This document shows, one piece after another, positions 13,971-26,682 of a stretch of DNA of 64,000 bases. Where the stretch lies: assembly GCF_035594765.1 (NCBI RefSeq), contig NC_085841.1:36873636-36937635 (forward strand), given 5' to 3'. The translations under genes were made by a program, and so were the position numbers. The notes below the pieces were generated by a model. The model had not been told where the DNA came from. It made no database searches and saw only the letters and a list, made by a program, of their open reading frames with translations. The DNA is from Anolis carolinensis (taxonomy: Eukaryota). Numbering within the stretch: the stretch's first letter is position 1; each line of letters opens with the position of its first letter.

Positions 13971-14169
13971 TTCTGTGAAATTATTTTTTAAAAATAATTT
14001 AATCTTTAAGGTGAATCAACAAGGTGTACTAATTTGAGCTTCAGGCTTTGACTCTGGAGGCCAGGGATCAAATCTGCACTCAGCCACAGAAACCTTAGCC
14101 AGGTCATACTCTCTCAACCTCAGAGTGAGATAGAAATATGAAGAAAAAATCCATAATAGATTCGCCTTA

Positions 14170-15585
14170 GGTCTCTTCCACACAGCTGTATAAAATCCAC
14201 ATTGAACTGGGTTATATGGCAGTGTGGACTCAGATAACCCAATTCAAAGCAGATATTGTGGATTATCTGCCGTGATATTCTCGGTTATATGGCTGTGTAG
14301 AAGGGCCCTTAGGGTCACCATAAGTCAGAAATGACCAGAGTTTGCAATAATAAATGCTTGCTTACTATTATGTGACATTTTGATTGGTCTCCTTCATTGG
14401 GGTTTTTAAAAATCATCCATCCATGAAGCCACCATATGGTATCAGAGAACTGATATTTCTCAAACACTTTTCAAGCAGTTGTAATAACAGTACAGACTCA
14501 TAGGGCCCTTCCACACATATAACTCAGATTATCAAGGCAGAAAATCCCACCATCTCTGCTTTGAACTTCCATATATCCCAGTTCAAAGCAGAATGTGTGG
14601 GATTTTATTCAGCTGCGTGGATGGGGCCATAGATTATTGTGAAGTATTCAGTTTCCAGTTTCATTCTGAATGCTACTTTCTGGCCCATCCCTCTAACACA
14701 GCTTCAACAAGCTGGGGGTTTGGGGACTACAAGTTTTGGAAACTGTTTCTAGCAGTCAAAAATTAACTTTTTCAGGCTCCAAGCAGATGTGAGAGCAGTC
14801 TGGCCCCTTCTACGCTGCCATATACAATCCAGATTATCTGCTTTGAACTGTATTATATGGCAATGTAGATTTATATAATCCAGTTCAAAGCAGATAATCT
14901 GGATTATATAGCAGTATAGAAGGAGCCTATGTAGAAAAAAACAGATGAAAGTCTGGATTTTTATGCACCAATTGACATGTTTCCTGGCATGTTATAATAA
15001 TGTCCCTCCCAAATGTCAGGGTAAACAAAAGTGTTGTTCATGCTTTTATTTAGATCAGGCATGGGCAAACTTGGGTCCTACCAGCTGTTAGGAATTATGA
15101 TAGTTGAAGTCCAAAATCCCTGGAGGACCCAAGTTTGCCCATGCCTAATTTAGATCATTTGGTGGAAGGACATTTTTTTTCTTATGCGATGTTTAAAAAT
15201 AGAGTATATGTGCATGCAAATAAATGAAGCACACAGTTTCCCCTGGAAACTGAACATGTGATTTTTTTGAAAGGGAAATACAGGCCCCTTCTACACCGCT
15301 AAATAAAATCCAGATTATCTGCTTTGAATTGGATTATATGGCAATATAGCCTCATATAATCCAGTTCAAAACAGATAATGTGGGGGCTATTACAGATAGG
15401 CCCTATATCCCAGTATCTGATCCCAGGTTTTCTGCTTTAAACTGGATTATCTGAGTCTGCGTTGTCAAATAATCTGGGATAAACAGAAAGGCTGTGATCA
15501 GATCTTGGGATATAGAGCCTGTCTGGAAGAGCCCTGGGTTATTTGCTTTGATAATCTGGATTACATGGAAGTATAGAAGGGGCCA
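14170..15585. repeat. Cluster of palindromic PIF/Harbinger-like MITEs (about 14170-14308, 14502-14628, 14801-14927, 15282-15585); others at 11200-11349 and 25730-25878
   Basis: GGCCCYTTCYACAC...GTGTAGAAGGGCC termini, TWA flanks, internal TTCAAAGCAGATAAT repeats. Confidence 0.72.
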
Positions 15586-16195
15586 CAATTGGCCTTCTGC
15601 ATCCATAATCTCAATCATCCATAGCTTGAAAAAAATGTAATCCCAAAATCAGACTTTGATTCTGCCATTATATAAGGGACACCATTTTATTATGCCAATG
15701 TATATAATGGGATTTAAGCAACCACTGACTTCGATATTTACAGGCATGTTGGAACCAAATCCCAGCAGAATCCAAGGACGCACAATTGATGGGAAAGGGC
15801 CAGATTAAAGATCCCACAAAATGGGCAGAGGATGGGGGACAGAAGCTCTTTCCCTTCAGGCGTTCAGACCCCAGGCTGTTTAGGGTTTGAAAGTTAAGAA
15901 CCAATGAATTCACAAAGTGAGCAGGTCTACAAAGAAGAGCACATGAAAAGTGTTGTGACACAGGCATGCCAATCAAAGGGTGCCTCATCTACACTTTAAA
16001 ATTAATGCAGTTTGAAACCACGTTAACTGCCCTGGCTCAATGTTATGGAATTGTAGTTTGTTGAGGCATCCTCAAGCACTCTTTGGCAGGCGAGTCTAAA
16101 AACTTTGTAAAACTACAGCTCTCGGGTCTCCATAGCATTGAGCCATAGAAGTTAAAAGAGGTGTTAAACTGCATCACGACCACAGAATGTACTTC

Positions 16196-16238
<43 letters not shown>

Positions 16239-16743
16239 GTTTATTCGTATCCCACCACCATTTCCCCCGGAGGGGACTCGGGGCGGCTCACAGAAATATC
16301 GAATACAAAACAGTAACAATATACAATACATCAATAAACAATAACATGCACCAATTGTAATATTTGCACATTAACCAAAAAGAATAAAAACACACTTATT
16401 AAAAACATAGAATGTAAAAACAGTGAGGTTGCTAATAGTAGATTAGCAAAGTGCACAAGTGCACAGGTTGTAAACTCAAAACATAGATAAAGTGCTACAG
16501 ATTCGTTGAGGTCAATTTGGGATAAGAGGAGCCCTGAGGTAACGTCAAGTAACCAGGAGAAGTGTGACCAATGCAGGAATTAACAATTAACAATCTCCAA
16601 GAGCAGCCCTATCCCTCGAAGTAACCCATCACAGAACATAAGTGCCATTTCTCAATCACAGAGTCCCACACAGAGGAAATGTAGTATTATCAGAACGGAT
16701 CGGGAAACTGCCTATGATTCCGCAACAGGTTATTATCACACAG

Positions 16744-17214
16744 GATTGCTGTGAGTTTTCCAGGCTGTATGGCCACGTTCCAGAAGCATTCTCTCCTGAC
16801 GTTTCTCACACATCTATGGCAGGCATCCTCAGAGGTTGTGAGGTCTGTTGGAAACTACGCAGGTGGGGTTTATATATCTGTGTAGTGTCCAGGGTAGGAG
16901 AAAGAACACCTCCTAACAATGGAGTCCCCCAAAAAGGGGGCAGCAGGGCTTTGAAGCTGCAAAGCTTTTCAATGCTAATCAAGGTGATTAATTGCAACAT
17001 TCACACTTGCCTCAAACAGAGTTCTTTCTCCCACCCTGGACCTTCCACAGACATATAAACCCCACTTGCCTAGTTTTCAACAGACCTCACAACCTCTGAG
17101 GATGCCTGCCATAGATGTGGGCGAAACGTCAGGAGAGAGTGCTTCTGGAATATGGAAAAGCCTAGAAAACTCACAGCAACCCAGTGATTCCGGCCATGAA
17201 AGCCTTCGACAACA
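16744..17214. mobile_element. Penelope-like element remnant with inverted terminal segments
   Basis: 16744-16905 is the reverse complement of about 17020-17180; same family as 55545-56556. Confidence 0.82.
17093..17133 (+). ncRNA. Minimal type I hammerhead ribozyme motif in a Penelope terminal repeat
   Basis: CCT-CTGAGGA-T-GCCTGC-catagat-GTGGGC-GAAAC-GTC-AGG: complete catalytic core, helix II, palindromic ACGT helix III and short helix I. Confidence 0.75.
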
Positions 17215-17399
17215 CAGATTACCAGAGTCTCTCTCCTGTCATTTAGTGCTCGCAGGTGTATTGTTTTTTCTAAAACACACTCGCATGAAACCATGTGAAT
17301 GTCACTCTAACCAGTTCCTATCTCTGTGTGTAAGAACGGAAACATGACGCAATCAAACATCCCTTCCCCGGGGGGAAACCTTGAAACATAACTAATCTC

Positions 17400-17680
17400 A
17401 CTTCTTACCGTCTCCGCAGCCAATTGATCCAAATGGCGGGCTTTTTTTCCCTTTCAGTCCTTGATAGCGCCAGCTAACTGCAACGAAAAAATAGAATGTC
17501 CCAGAGACCGTTTTCTTTTACTTCCGACGCGACACCAAAGCGGACGCCATCTTCCTTCCGGGCGCTGTAGACGTCCTCCTTCGGGACACCACGTGATGCG
17601 GAGGCGTTTAAGAGAGAAAGCTTCTCGCGCCACTTGCGCATGCGTCAACCTAGGCCGGTTGATGACTGTGTGAAGCGAGG
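17400..17680 (-). promoter_or_regulatory. TAF1A CpG-rich housekeeping promoter
   Basis: Local CpG enrichment. YY1-like CGCCATCTT 17545-17553, ETS-like CTTCCG (17521, 17555), E-box CACGTG 17590-17595, NRF1 TGCGCATGCG 17635-17644. Confidence 0.8.
17409..17560 (-). other. TAF1A: Probable non-coding exon 1 of TAF1A (5' end approximate)
   Basis: Strong donor CG|GTAAGA at 17409/17408 at the edge of a CpG-rich patch. The ATG-containing exon starts with an acceptor, so an upstream UTR exon is required. Confidence 0.7.
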
Positions 17681-18249
17681 ACAGGATGTTTTGGTCTGAA
17701 GTTTCAGCTTCTTGCTCCCCTCCTTCTGCCCCCAGTGGCCACGAAGAGTAGTTTCTGGCGTTTCTAAATTGTCCCTGCAAACTGTTGCTTGCTTAGTATT
17801 GTTTATTGTTTATTGCTTGTTGTTTATACTGTTTTAATTGTTTTTAATTTGCCTTTTGTTTTGTATTATTATATTGTGTGTTGAGGCCTTGGCCTTTGTA
17901 AGCCGCATCGAGTCCTTCGGGAGATGCTAGCGGGGTACAAATAAAGTTTAATAATAATAATAATAGTATATAGGTTTACATTGAAATAAGGCATAGAGAA
18001 ACATTATTTGAAAAACAAAGAAACAACAAGCACGGAGTGAATTAAATAAAAGGGCGACCCATTGCAGTGTTGCTTCCTATGTAGTCATCATAAATTGCTC
18101 AACAGGTCAAGCCTGACTAACCTTATCTTTTTTTTCAATAGAATTGCAAGTTTGGTAGAAGCAGGGAATGCTGATCTTGATTTCAGTAAGGCCTTCTGCA
18201 AGGTTTCCAATGGCATTTTCACAAAGAAGCTAATAAAAAGTGTTGTAGC

Positions 18250-18990
18250 CAGAATCACTGAATTGCTGTGAGTTTTCCTGGCTGTGTGACCATGTTCCAG
18301 AAGCATTCTCTCCTGACATTTCACCCACATCTATGGCAGACATGCTCCAAGGTTGTGAGGTACAGTATATTGGAAACTAGGCAAGGGAGGTTTATATATC
18401 TGTCTAAGTTTCAGGGTGGGAGAAAGAACTCTTGTTGAGAGGGCAGAGAAATGCTTTCATGTTTTGCAAAGAGTGTTAAAAGGGTTGCATTCGGGGAAAA
18501 GCTTTTGTCAAAGCAATTTTCTCACTACCAGAGAAGCAAGCTCCAGTTTTCCTGCTGTGCTTTGGATTATATTGTAGCCCATGTATCCATGTTTCTTGGA
18601 ATTTGTTATGCTCTCCTTGGATGTTGTTTATTCCTTGTAAGCGCTGGACTTATATATTTGTAACTGACTTTTGATACTTTACTTTTGCTTTGTGAAGAAC
18701 TTTTACAATCTATCTTTAATGAACTAAAAAGACTCAAACCTGCTGTGGAGTTTGTGTGCTAGAGCAAGGTGAATCACGGCTGAGGTGTGATAAGTTCTTT
18801 CTCCCACCCTAGACCTTCCACAGATATATAAACCCTACTTGCATAGTTTCCAACATACCTTACAACCTCTGAGGATGCCTGCCATAGATGCAGGTGAAAC
18901 CTCAGGAGAAAATGCTTCTGGAACATGGCATACCGCCTGGAAAACTCACAGCAACCCAGTGATTCCGCCCATGAAAGCCTTCAACAACAC
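18250..18990. mobile_element. Penelope-like inverted pair with an unrelated, possibly LTR-like, spacer (about 18433-18793)
   Basis: 18255-18432 and 18794-18990 are inverted homologues of the same repeat. Confidence 0.72.
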
Positions 18991-19029
18991 ATTCCTGTGT
19001 TGTTTCCCATCTAGTCGACATACGTTTCT

Positions 19030-20500
19030 CAAAAACAGGTCAAGCCAGACTAACCTTACCTCTTTTCAATAGAGTTGCAAGCTTGGTAGAAGGAGGGAAT
19101 GCTATAGGTGTAGCATATCTTGATTTCAGTAAGGCCTTTGACAAGGTCCCCCATGGCAATTTCACAAAGAAGCTAATGAAATGAGCACTAGGTCTTTGCT
19201 TCTCAAACTGGGGGTCCCCTTTGCTCAATGCTGGGGTCACAAAAAAACTGGCTACAGCAAAAGGTCTCTGAATCCTGCCCATTTACACAAATCTGTTAGC
19301 AACAACATGCATTGTTTACCGTGGACTCTGCAGAAAATGCTTCAGCTCTACTCCATGAAAAGGAAAACCAGCCTGTTTAGCGAATCTTCCAAATACTGAT
19401 TTATTATCAGCATATGTTTTATTTTATGCCTATTTTAAATACCTACCTAATTGGGGTTGCGAAAAAATGTATTGGGCAAAAAGGGGTCGCAAGTGCAAAA
19501 AGTTTAAGAACTTTTATGCTAGACAATTCTACTGTTAGGTTGATTGGGAATTAGTTGATTGGCCGAACCCGAAGTGTGCTCACTAATGATTCCTCTTCAT
19601 TCTGGAGAGAAGTGTCTCTATCCCGAACTCAATGCTATTCGACACCTTTATCAGTGACTTGGATGATGAAATAGAAGGCATGCTTATCAAATTTGCAAAT
19701 TCACCAAATTGGAAGGGATACCTAATACCTCATAGAACAGGATCAGAATACAAATACGAGACCTAGGCCAAAACTAACAAAATGACTTTCATCAAGGAGA
19801 AATGTACAGTACTACACTTTGATAATAATAATGAAACACAGAGATAAAGGATGGGGTAGCACCTGGCTTAGAAGCAGTACACTTCAAAGTAATCTTGGAG
19901 TCTTACTAGACCACAAGCTGAACATACGTCAACAGTGTGATGCGGCAGCTAAAATAGCCAATGGAATTATAGGCTGCATCAATAGGAGTATAATGTCAAG
20001 ATTGAGGGAAGTCATAGTCCCATTCTATCCTGCCTTGTTCGGACCTTACTTGGAATACTGTGTCCAGTTCTGGGCACAACAATCCAAGAAGGAACATGTG
20101 TGGAGAAAGGTGATCAAAATGATCAAAGGTTTGGAAACCAAACCTTATGAGGAATGGCTTAGGAAGCTAGGTATGTTTAGCTTGAAGAAAAGAAGGCTGA
20201 GAAGGGACATGAGAACCCCGTTCATAAGGAGAGGGCAAGCTTGTTTTCTGTTCCTTTGGAGACTAGGGCACAGAACAATGGATTTAAATTGCGGGGAAAA
20301 GATTCTACCTAAACATTAGGAGGAATTTCCTGATGATAAGGGCTGTTTGGCAATGGAATATGCTGCCTCAGAGTGTAGTGGACTCTCCTTCTCTGTAGGT
20401 TTTTAAGCCGAGGCTTCAAAACCTCTTCCTCTGTCAGGAGTGCTTGGATTGTGAGTTCCTTCATGGCAGGGGGTTGGCCTGGATTGGCAGCTATTGACAG
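19030..20500 (+). mobile_element. Older degenerate CR1 LINE fragment with an unrelated insertion at about 19190-19520
   Basis: YLDFSKAFDKVPH-like segment and [33 protein letters not shown]...[11 protein letters not shown]. Confidence 0.88.
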
Positions 20501-21130
20501 GGTTGGCTCATCAATAGCAGAGGATGAATTAATTGTGAGGAGGAGGCAAACTAGTAGTGAGATGTGCACAATGTTGTGTGATAGGGACCGCCACCTTGGG
20601 TGATGGTCAATGCCAGTTTACCTCCTTTGTGTGATTAAGTCAACCATGTCCCATAAGCCTAAGCTCCTCACTCGCCCACTCTCTCTGTTTGTATTTGGGT
20701 TGTCACACTGAAAACAGCTCCTGTACATTTAATGATTGCTCAGAATTTCAGCAGGCGTTGGTTGTTTTGCAACCAGATAGCAAGTGACGCATGCTAAAAT
20801 TCTCTCTACTATACATTCATAGAAGCCCTATCCGGTTTCCCAACTGCCAACCCCAGAATGTATTGTGTTTGTACAGAACATTGTGGTGGTCGCCCTTGAG
20901 GAAGGAAAGGGTAACCTCCACCCTCATGTTATATGGGCCCCTCAGGCAGTTCCCTGCACAAATACAGACTTAAATCTCCCAATGTGAAGCTTTCAGGGGC
21001 CTGAATATATTGCACAAGATTTCCCTAGCCTAAAATGATACATTTTAATATATTGGGTTTATGGTTCCCGTCCCCTTGATCTGGTCATGTAAGTGTGATT
21101 TATTGTTATAATTGTATTATTTTACTTTGT

Positions 21131-21132
<2 letters not shown>

Positions 21133-21181
<49 letters not shown>

Positions 21182-21240
21182 TATTTATACCCCGCCACCA
21201 TCTCCCCAACGGGGACTCGGGGCGGCTTACATGGGGCCAT
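21133..21240 (-). repeat. (AAT)n microsatellite forming an L2-like 3' tail; similar at 16197-16290 and 17898-17965
   Basis: About 15 AAT units next to the GTAAGCCGCCCCGAGTCCCC hairpin tail. Confidence 0.85.
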
Positions 21241-22629
21241 GCCCAAAACCATACAATATGACAGAATATAAAACAACATATCATAACACAATTTAACAAT
21301 ACAATAAATAATAACATACACTACAACCCAAAATTCAAAAAAAGCAATAAAAACTAGGGCAGGCCACATGAACACTAAGTTAAAACTCGGTGAGAAAGAC
21401 ATATAAATAAAACCACGGGGAGCAGGGACATAAAATAGTGGAACAGTCTAGAGGATAGATATCCCAAGGGAATAACCAAAGATTACAAAATTTCTTTGTA
21501 AGTGAGTACCTTCAATATTGTTGCAAGGTAGGTGTTCTTTTGCATCCACCAGAGGGTTAGGAGACTATAGGATTCTGGATGGAAAAGGCTTGCTATCCCC
21601 CCCCCCCTTTTTTTTTTTTACAGAATAGAGGAGAAGGGATTGCAGAATACAAAAAGAAGAAGATTAATAACAATTCTGTGACCCATGCTGTATGGCAATT
21701 AATTTTTACATATTTTTGAAGGTTCCACATTCAGAGTACAAACACAAATAACATACAACAAAAATTCAATAATTATATCAGCCTTATTTCTACTGCAATT
21801 TATGGAAATTATTGTTAACAATATTACAGAAGAAAGTGGCTATATCTGGAAGAGCACAGCAAACTCCTACTGATGTGGTCACACTGTTAGTTCAACTAGG
21901 TCATTATTCTTATTCCTTGAGTACATGGTACAAGGAACTTTGTGTGCCTGACACATTTTAATGATTTCTGAAAGGTCTCTTCTGCCAAATGTGCAAAGAA
22001 GAAAGCATTTAGATTTCAATCATTAGCTTGTTCTACTCATTTTGTTCTCATATTAGGAAACAAAATCCTTGGCTTTCCTTTGGCAGCATCTTTCCTGTAA
22101 AGCAATTATTATCATTTTTTATATCGCACCCATAAACTACAAGAACCACTGGAATGAAAGATGGTAGCAAGAAGCTTTTGAACATTCTGCCAGTATTTTG
22201 TAGTAGCACAAGCACATAAAAGAGATGTTAGCATTTCCTGTAGATAACACTGGGTTTTTAAAAACTGATTTTATACTGTAACATCATTCCTGATCCCTCA
22301 TCTCGACAGTGGTATGCAAAATTTCTTTTCAATTAATTTATGCTACCATAATGCAAAAGACGTCAAATGTGTTATTTACATGGTAAGCTCAAAAGACCAA
22401 CATTTTCTCCCACCCTATATTCAACCAAATAGTTCCACATCACAGAAAAAATGTGTTTTCTTTGGCTATCCGAATTTGGTTTGGTTATCTGAAGTTTGTT
22501 TGTTAGCTTTTTCAATCAGAACTACTTGCAAACTCAAGACCATGATTTCTTTGATTGAATACAATCCATCACTATTGTGGGCTTATTTGTTCCTGCTGCA
22601 TTCCACATTATAAAAACATTACTACCTTT

Positions 22630-22928
22630 GTAGTAACATGGCCAGACAACCATGTTACTACATTACTTAACATGGTCATACAGCCCGGAAAATGCATAGC
22701 AACCCAGTGATTCCATTCATGAAAACCTTCGACAACACATTGAACATCTCTATAGGGAGAAAACGTTCCAAGACACACAGAGATTGGAAACACGAAGGAC
22801 AACCTCTGAGGGTGCCTGCCATAGATGTGGGCGAAACGTCAGGAGAGAATACTTCTGGAACATGGCCATACAGCCCAGAAAACTCACAGCAACTTAGTGA
22901 TTCTGGCCATGAAAGCCTTCGACAACAC
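22630..22928 (+). mobile_element. Penelope-like fragment with partial tandem terminal repeat
   Basis: The terminal segment (...GAAAxCCTTCGACAACACA) occurs twice; flanked by the direct repeat CATTACTACCTTT. Confidence 0.75.
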
Positions 22929-23147
22929 ATTACTACCTTTTGCAAAGAGTTGTGTCATCTCATGATACATCCAAAGTAATACATTTCCTGCAGTTCAGCC
23001 ATTTGGTGATCCATGGTATCTGAGTAATTCTTTCTGTCTTCAGTCCAATACAGTATGACTTGCTTATCTACACTCTATATTCTCGGTTCACTTGCCCAAA
23101 CTTCCTAAAATATTCTGTAGGTTTGTTGTCTGAACAGGTACATTCTT

Positions 23148-23428
23148 TAGAATCATAGAATAGTAGAGTTGGAAGAGACCTCATGAGCCATCCAGTCCAA
23201 CCCCCTACCAAGAAGCAGGAAATTGCATTCAAAGCACCCCCGACAGATGGCCATCCAGCCTCTGCTTAAAAGCCTCCAAAGAAGGAGCCTTCACCACAGC
23301 CTGGGGGAGAGAGTTCCACTGTCGAACAGCTCTCACAGTGAGGAAGTTCCTCCTGATGTTCAGGTGGAATCTCCTTTCCTGTAGTTTGAAGCCATTGTTC
23401 CGTGTCCTAGTCTGCAGGGCAGCAGAAA
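23148..23428 (-). mobile_element. CR1 3' end
   Basis: tagaatcatagaa tail followed by sequence nearly identical to 28470-28730. Confidence 0.88.
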
Positions 23429-24726
23429 AGTGTAACTCCAGTCAAATATATACATATTTAGCTTTGGATAGCACAGGGAAGGGTTAACTATCTCTGTATT
23501 TGTTTCTCTGTCTGTGCCCCTATTTGGAAGATTTCATCTCACTTTCTGTCCCTGTGATGGATTGTGGAAACACGAATTGGCGATACATCTTCAGTGGAGA
23601 CACCTCTTCCCCATGATAACTCTTTCAGGAGTGAATTTCCCTTCCCAGGGTATAGATTTCTCTCACTTTGTTAGCTATGAGTAATCTGTAAATCAGATGT
23701 TTGTAACTGCCTGTATTATAGTTTGTATATTTGTGTCTTTCTGGCAGACCACCTCTGTCTTCAAGATTGCAAACATAAAGACTTGTACTGTGAAATCTGT
23801 TCACAACAAACAATGAGTCTGTATAACTAGTAGACAAAGTTACCTCAAGCAGCAAATACAAAGAGGTAGTAATTGCAGGCTGAAGAGAAGGGACTTGTTG
23901 TAACAGTGTCAGGCAATTTGCCCTCTAACCCCCAAACAAGCTCCCTTCCTTCAGGGTGTTGTGAAGGTTGTCCTGTCCCCACAGATGGAGGAAAAGATGT
24001 CCAGCCCACTCAGCTGTTGTACAGGGAACAAACAAGATGCTTCTCCTTCTTTACCTCCGGGAACAAAATGTCTGGATCCAGCCATCAAAATACCAGAGCT
24101 CTGTGGGGCTGCTTCCTAAATATACTCAATAAGATCACAACCTTAAGGGTGAAGTTGCAGGCAACGTAAAGAAAGCCAGAAAGTGTGGGGAAAGGACCAG
24201 ATAACTAATGATTAAAAACAAACCCTATTCTTGGACCTAGCCTTAGGCCAGCTCAAATATCACAGGGGCCCTCCAAACCTGTTCTTCGGGATGCGTGTTT
24301 TTCTAATGGAGGCTGTGTATTGGAGCTTTAAGTTATTGCTTTCCTCTGATAAGGATAAGATTTTAAAACAAATAGAAGGCTATCCCTGGAAGTGAAAAAA
24401 AGGGGGAGGTGAGGACCAGCAAGAGGAAGGGAAGGATCAGGGTGCATCTACACTGCAGAATTAATGTGGTTTGATATTTCCGCTGCCATGGCTATGCTAT
24501 GCTATGCAATCTTGGGCATTTGGTGAGGTAGAGAAGGTGAAAAGACCTTGCAAATATCTGCATGATTCCATGGTATTGAGCCAGGGCAGTTAAAGTGAAA
24601 GACAAGCTGCATTCTACTGCATCCTCCCAACCTTCTCTTCTGCAGGCTAAACATACCCAGTTCTTTAAGATGCTCCTCATAGGGATTGATGGTCTCCAGA
24701 CCTTTGATCATTTTAGTCGTGTAGAT

Positions 24727-24860
24727 CAGGCATGGGCAAACTTGGGCCCTCCAGGTGTTTTGGACCGCAACTCCCACAATTCCTAACAGCCGGTAGGCTG
24801 TTAGGAATTGTGGGAGTTGAAGTCCAAAACACCTGGAGGACCCAAGTTTGCTCATGCCTG
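24727..24860. mobile_element. Palindromic hAT MITE (CAGGCATGGGCAAACT family); other copies at 15056-15147, 30671-30845 and 55375-55466
   Basis: Long TIRs; 8-bp TSDs GTGTAGAT (here), ATTTAGAT (15056 copy) and RTGTACAC (55375 copy). Confidence 0.88.
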
Positions 24861-24865
24861 GTGTA

Positions 24866-25340
24866 GATCATATAATAGAGTTGGAAGAGACCACATGGGC
24901 CATCTAATCCAATTCCCTTTCATGCAGGAAAAGAACAATCTAAGCACCCCTGACAGATGGCCATCCAGCCTCTGTTTAAAAGTTTCCAAAGAAGGAGCTT
25001 CCACCATACTCTGAGGCAGAGAGTTCCACTGTTGAACAGCTCATACAGACAGGAAGTTCTTCCTAGCATTCAGGTGGAATCTCCTTTCCTGTAATTTGAA
25101 CCCATTGCTCCTAATTTTAGTTTCAAGGGCAGCAGAAAACAAGTCTGCTCCTTCTTCCTTACGACACTCTTTCACATATTTATACATGGCTATCATGTCT
25201 CCTCCCAACCTTCTCTTCTGCAGGCTGAACATACCCAGTTCTTTAAGATGTTCCTCATAGGGATTGATGGTCTCCAGACCTTTGATCATTTTAGTCGCCC
25301 TCCTCTGGACACCTTCCAGCTTGTCAATATCTCTTTTGAA
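24866..25340 (-). mobile_element. CR1 3' end
   Basis: ORF ...[23 protein letters not shown]...RFHLNARKNFLSV plus the CR1 3' UTR. Confidence 0.88.
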
Positions 25341-25969
25341 CTTGCCATCCCCAAGTTATGAACAAGATAGGAACAAACCTACAGTACCTAAGTCAGAACA
25401 GGTACATTTTAAAGTGTAACTCCAACCATGTAAGGTTTGGATAGCATGAGGAATTGTTTATCTGTCTTTGCCCCTGTTCAGAAAATTTCATCTCACTTTC
25501 TATCCCTCTGATAATTGGATTTTGAAAATTTTGGCATGTTGTAGAAACAAGGATTGATGCTAAATTTTCATTGAGACACTTTCCCCCATGATAACTCTTT
25601 CAGCAGTGAATTTTCAGGCAATACTACTATTAGGTGGATCTGTAATTGGTTAAGTGACTGAACCCAAAGGTAGATGCACCCTCAGAAATTCAGTAGCGGT
25701 AGAAGGGTGAGCATGAAGTTGGTGCCTAAGGCCCCTTCCACACAGTTATATGAAATCCCACATTATCTGCTTTGAACTGGGTGATATGGCAGTGTGGACT
25801 AAGATAACCCAATTCAAAGCAGGTATTGTGGAATATCTGTCTTGATATTCTGGGTTATATGGCTGTGTAGCTGGGGCCTTAGAGGGCAGAGCTACACTGT
25901 AGCATCCCTGTAATTTGACACCACTTGAACCACCATGGCTCAAAGTTATGGAATTGTGGTTTCACAATA

Positions 25970-26443
25970 CAGTAGAGTCTCGCTTATCCAACCTTCGCTT
26001 ATCCAACGTTCTGTATTATCCAACGCAGTCTGCCTTCTGCCCGGATCCACAGCTGTTTCTCTAAGCAGGCAAGGATCACAGATTTTTAAAAATCTTCACA
26101 GGACTGAACTTTTTACAATGTTGTCACTGTAAGTTCATTTTATGCAATTCTATCTTTATTTGTAGTCAATGTCAATGTTTTTGTAGTCAATGTTTTCAAT
26201 ACATTGCAATGCTTTGGTGCTAAGTTCGTAAATACAGTAATTACTACACAACATTATAGTGTATTGTGCTGCTTTTTCTGTCAATTTGTTGTAAATTTTA
26301 GTGCTGTTTGGTGCTTAATTTGTAAAATCGTAACATTATTTGATGTTTAATAGGCTTTTCCTTTATCCCTCCTTATTACCCAATATTTTCACTTATCCAA
26401 CATTCTGCTGGCTCATTTATGTTGGATAAGTAAGACTCTACTG
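25970..26443 (+). mobile_element. Tc1/mariner-superfamily MITE (TIR CAGTAGAGTCTCRCTTATCCAA)
   Basis: 22-bp TIRs, TA TSD; five copies in the window. Confidence 0.88.
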
Positions 26444-26459
26444 TATTGGTTTTAGCCTT

Positions 26460-26682
26460 GGGTTGCTGTGAGTTTTCCGGGCTGTATGGCCTTGTTCCAG
26501 AAGCATTCTTTCCTGATATTTCACCCGTACCTATGGCAGGCATCCTCAGAGGTTGTGAGTTCTGTTGGAAACTAGTCAAGTGGAGTTTCTATATCTGTGG
26601 AAGGTCCAGGGTGGGAGAAAGAATTCTTGTCTGCTTGAGGCATGTGTGAATGTTTCAATTGGCCACCTTGATTAGCATTGAA
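26460..26682 (-). mobile_element. Penelope-like terminal fragment
   Basis: Homologous to 16744-16905. Confidence 0.75.

Noticed and set aside
16642-17347. Recurrent peptides such as QPLRMPAIDVGETSGE appearing in several ORFs
   Set aside because: They are translations of the non-coding Penelope terminal repeat and hammerhead, not a gene family.
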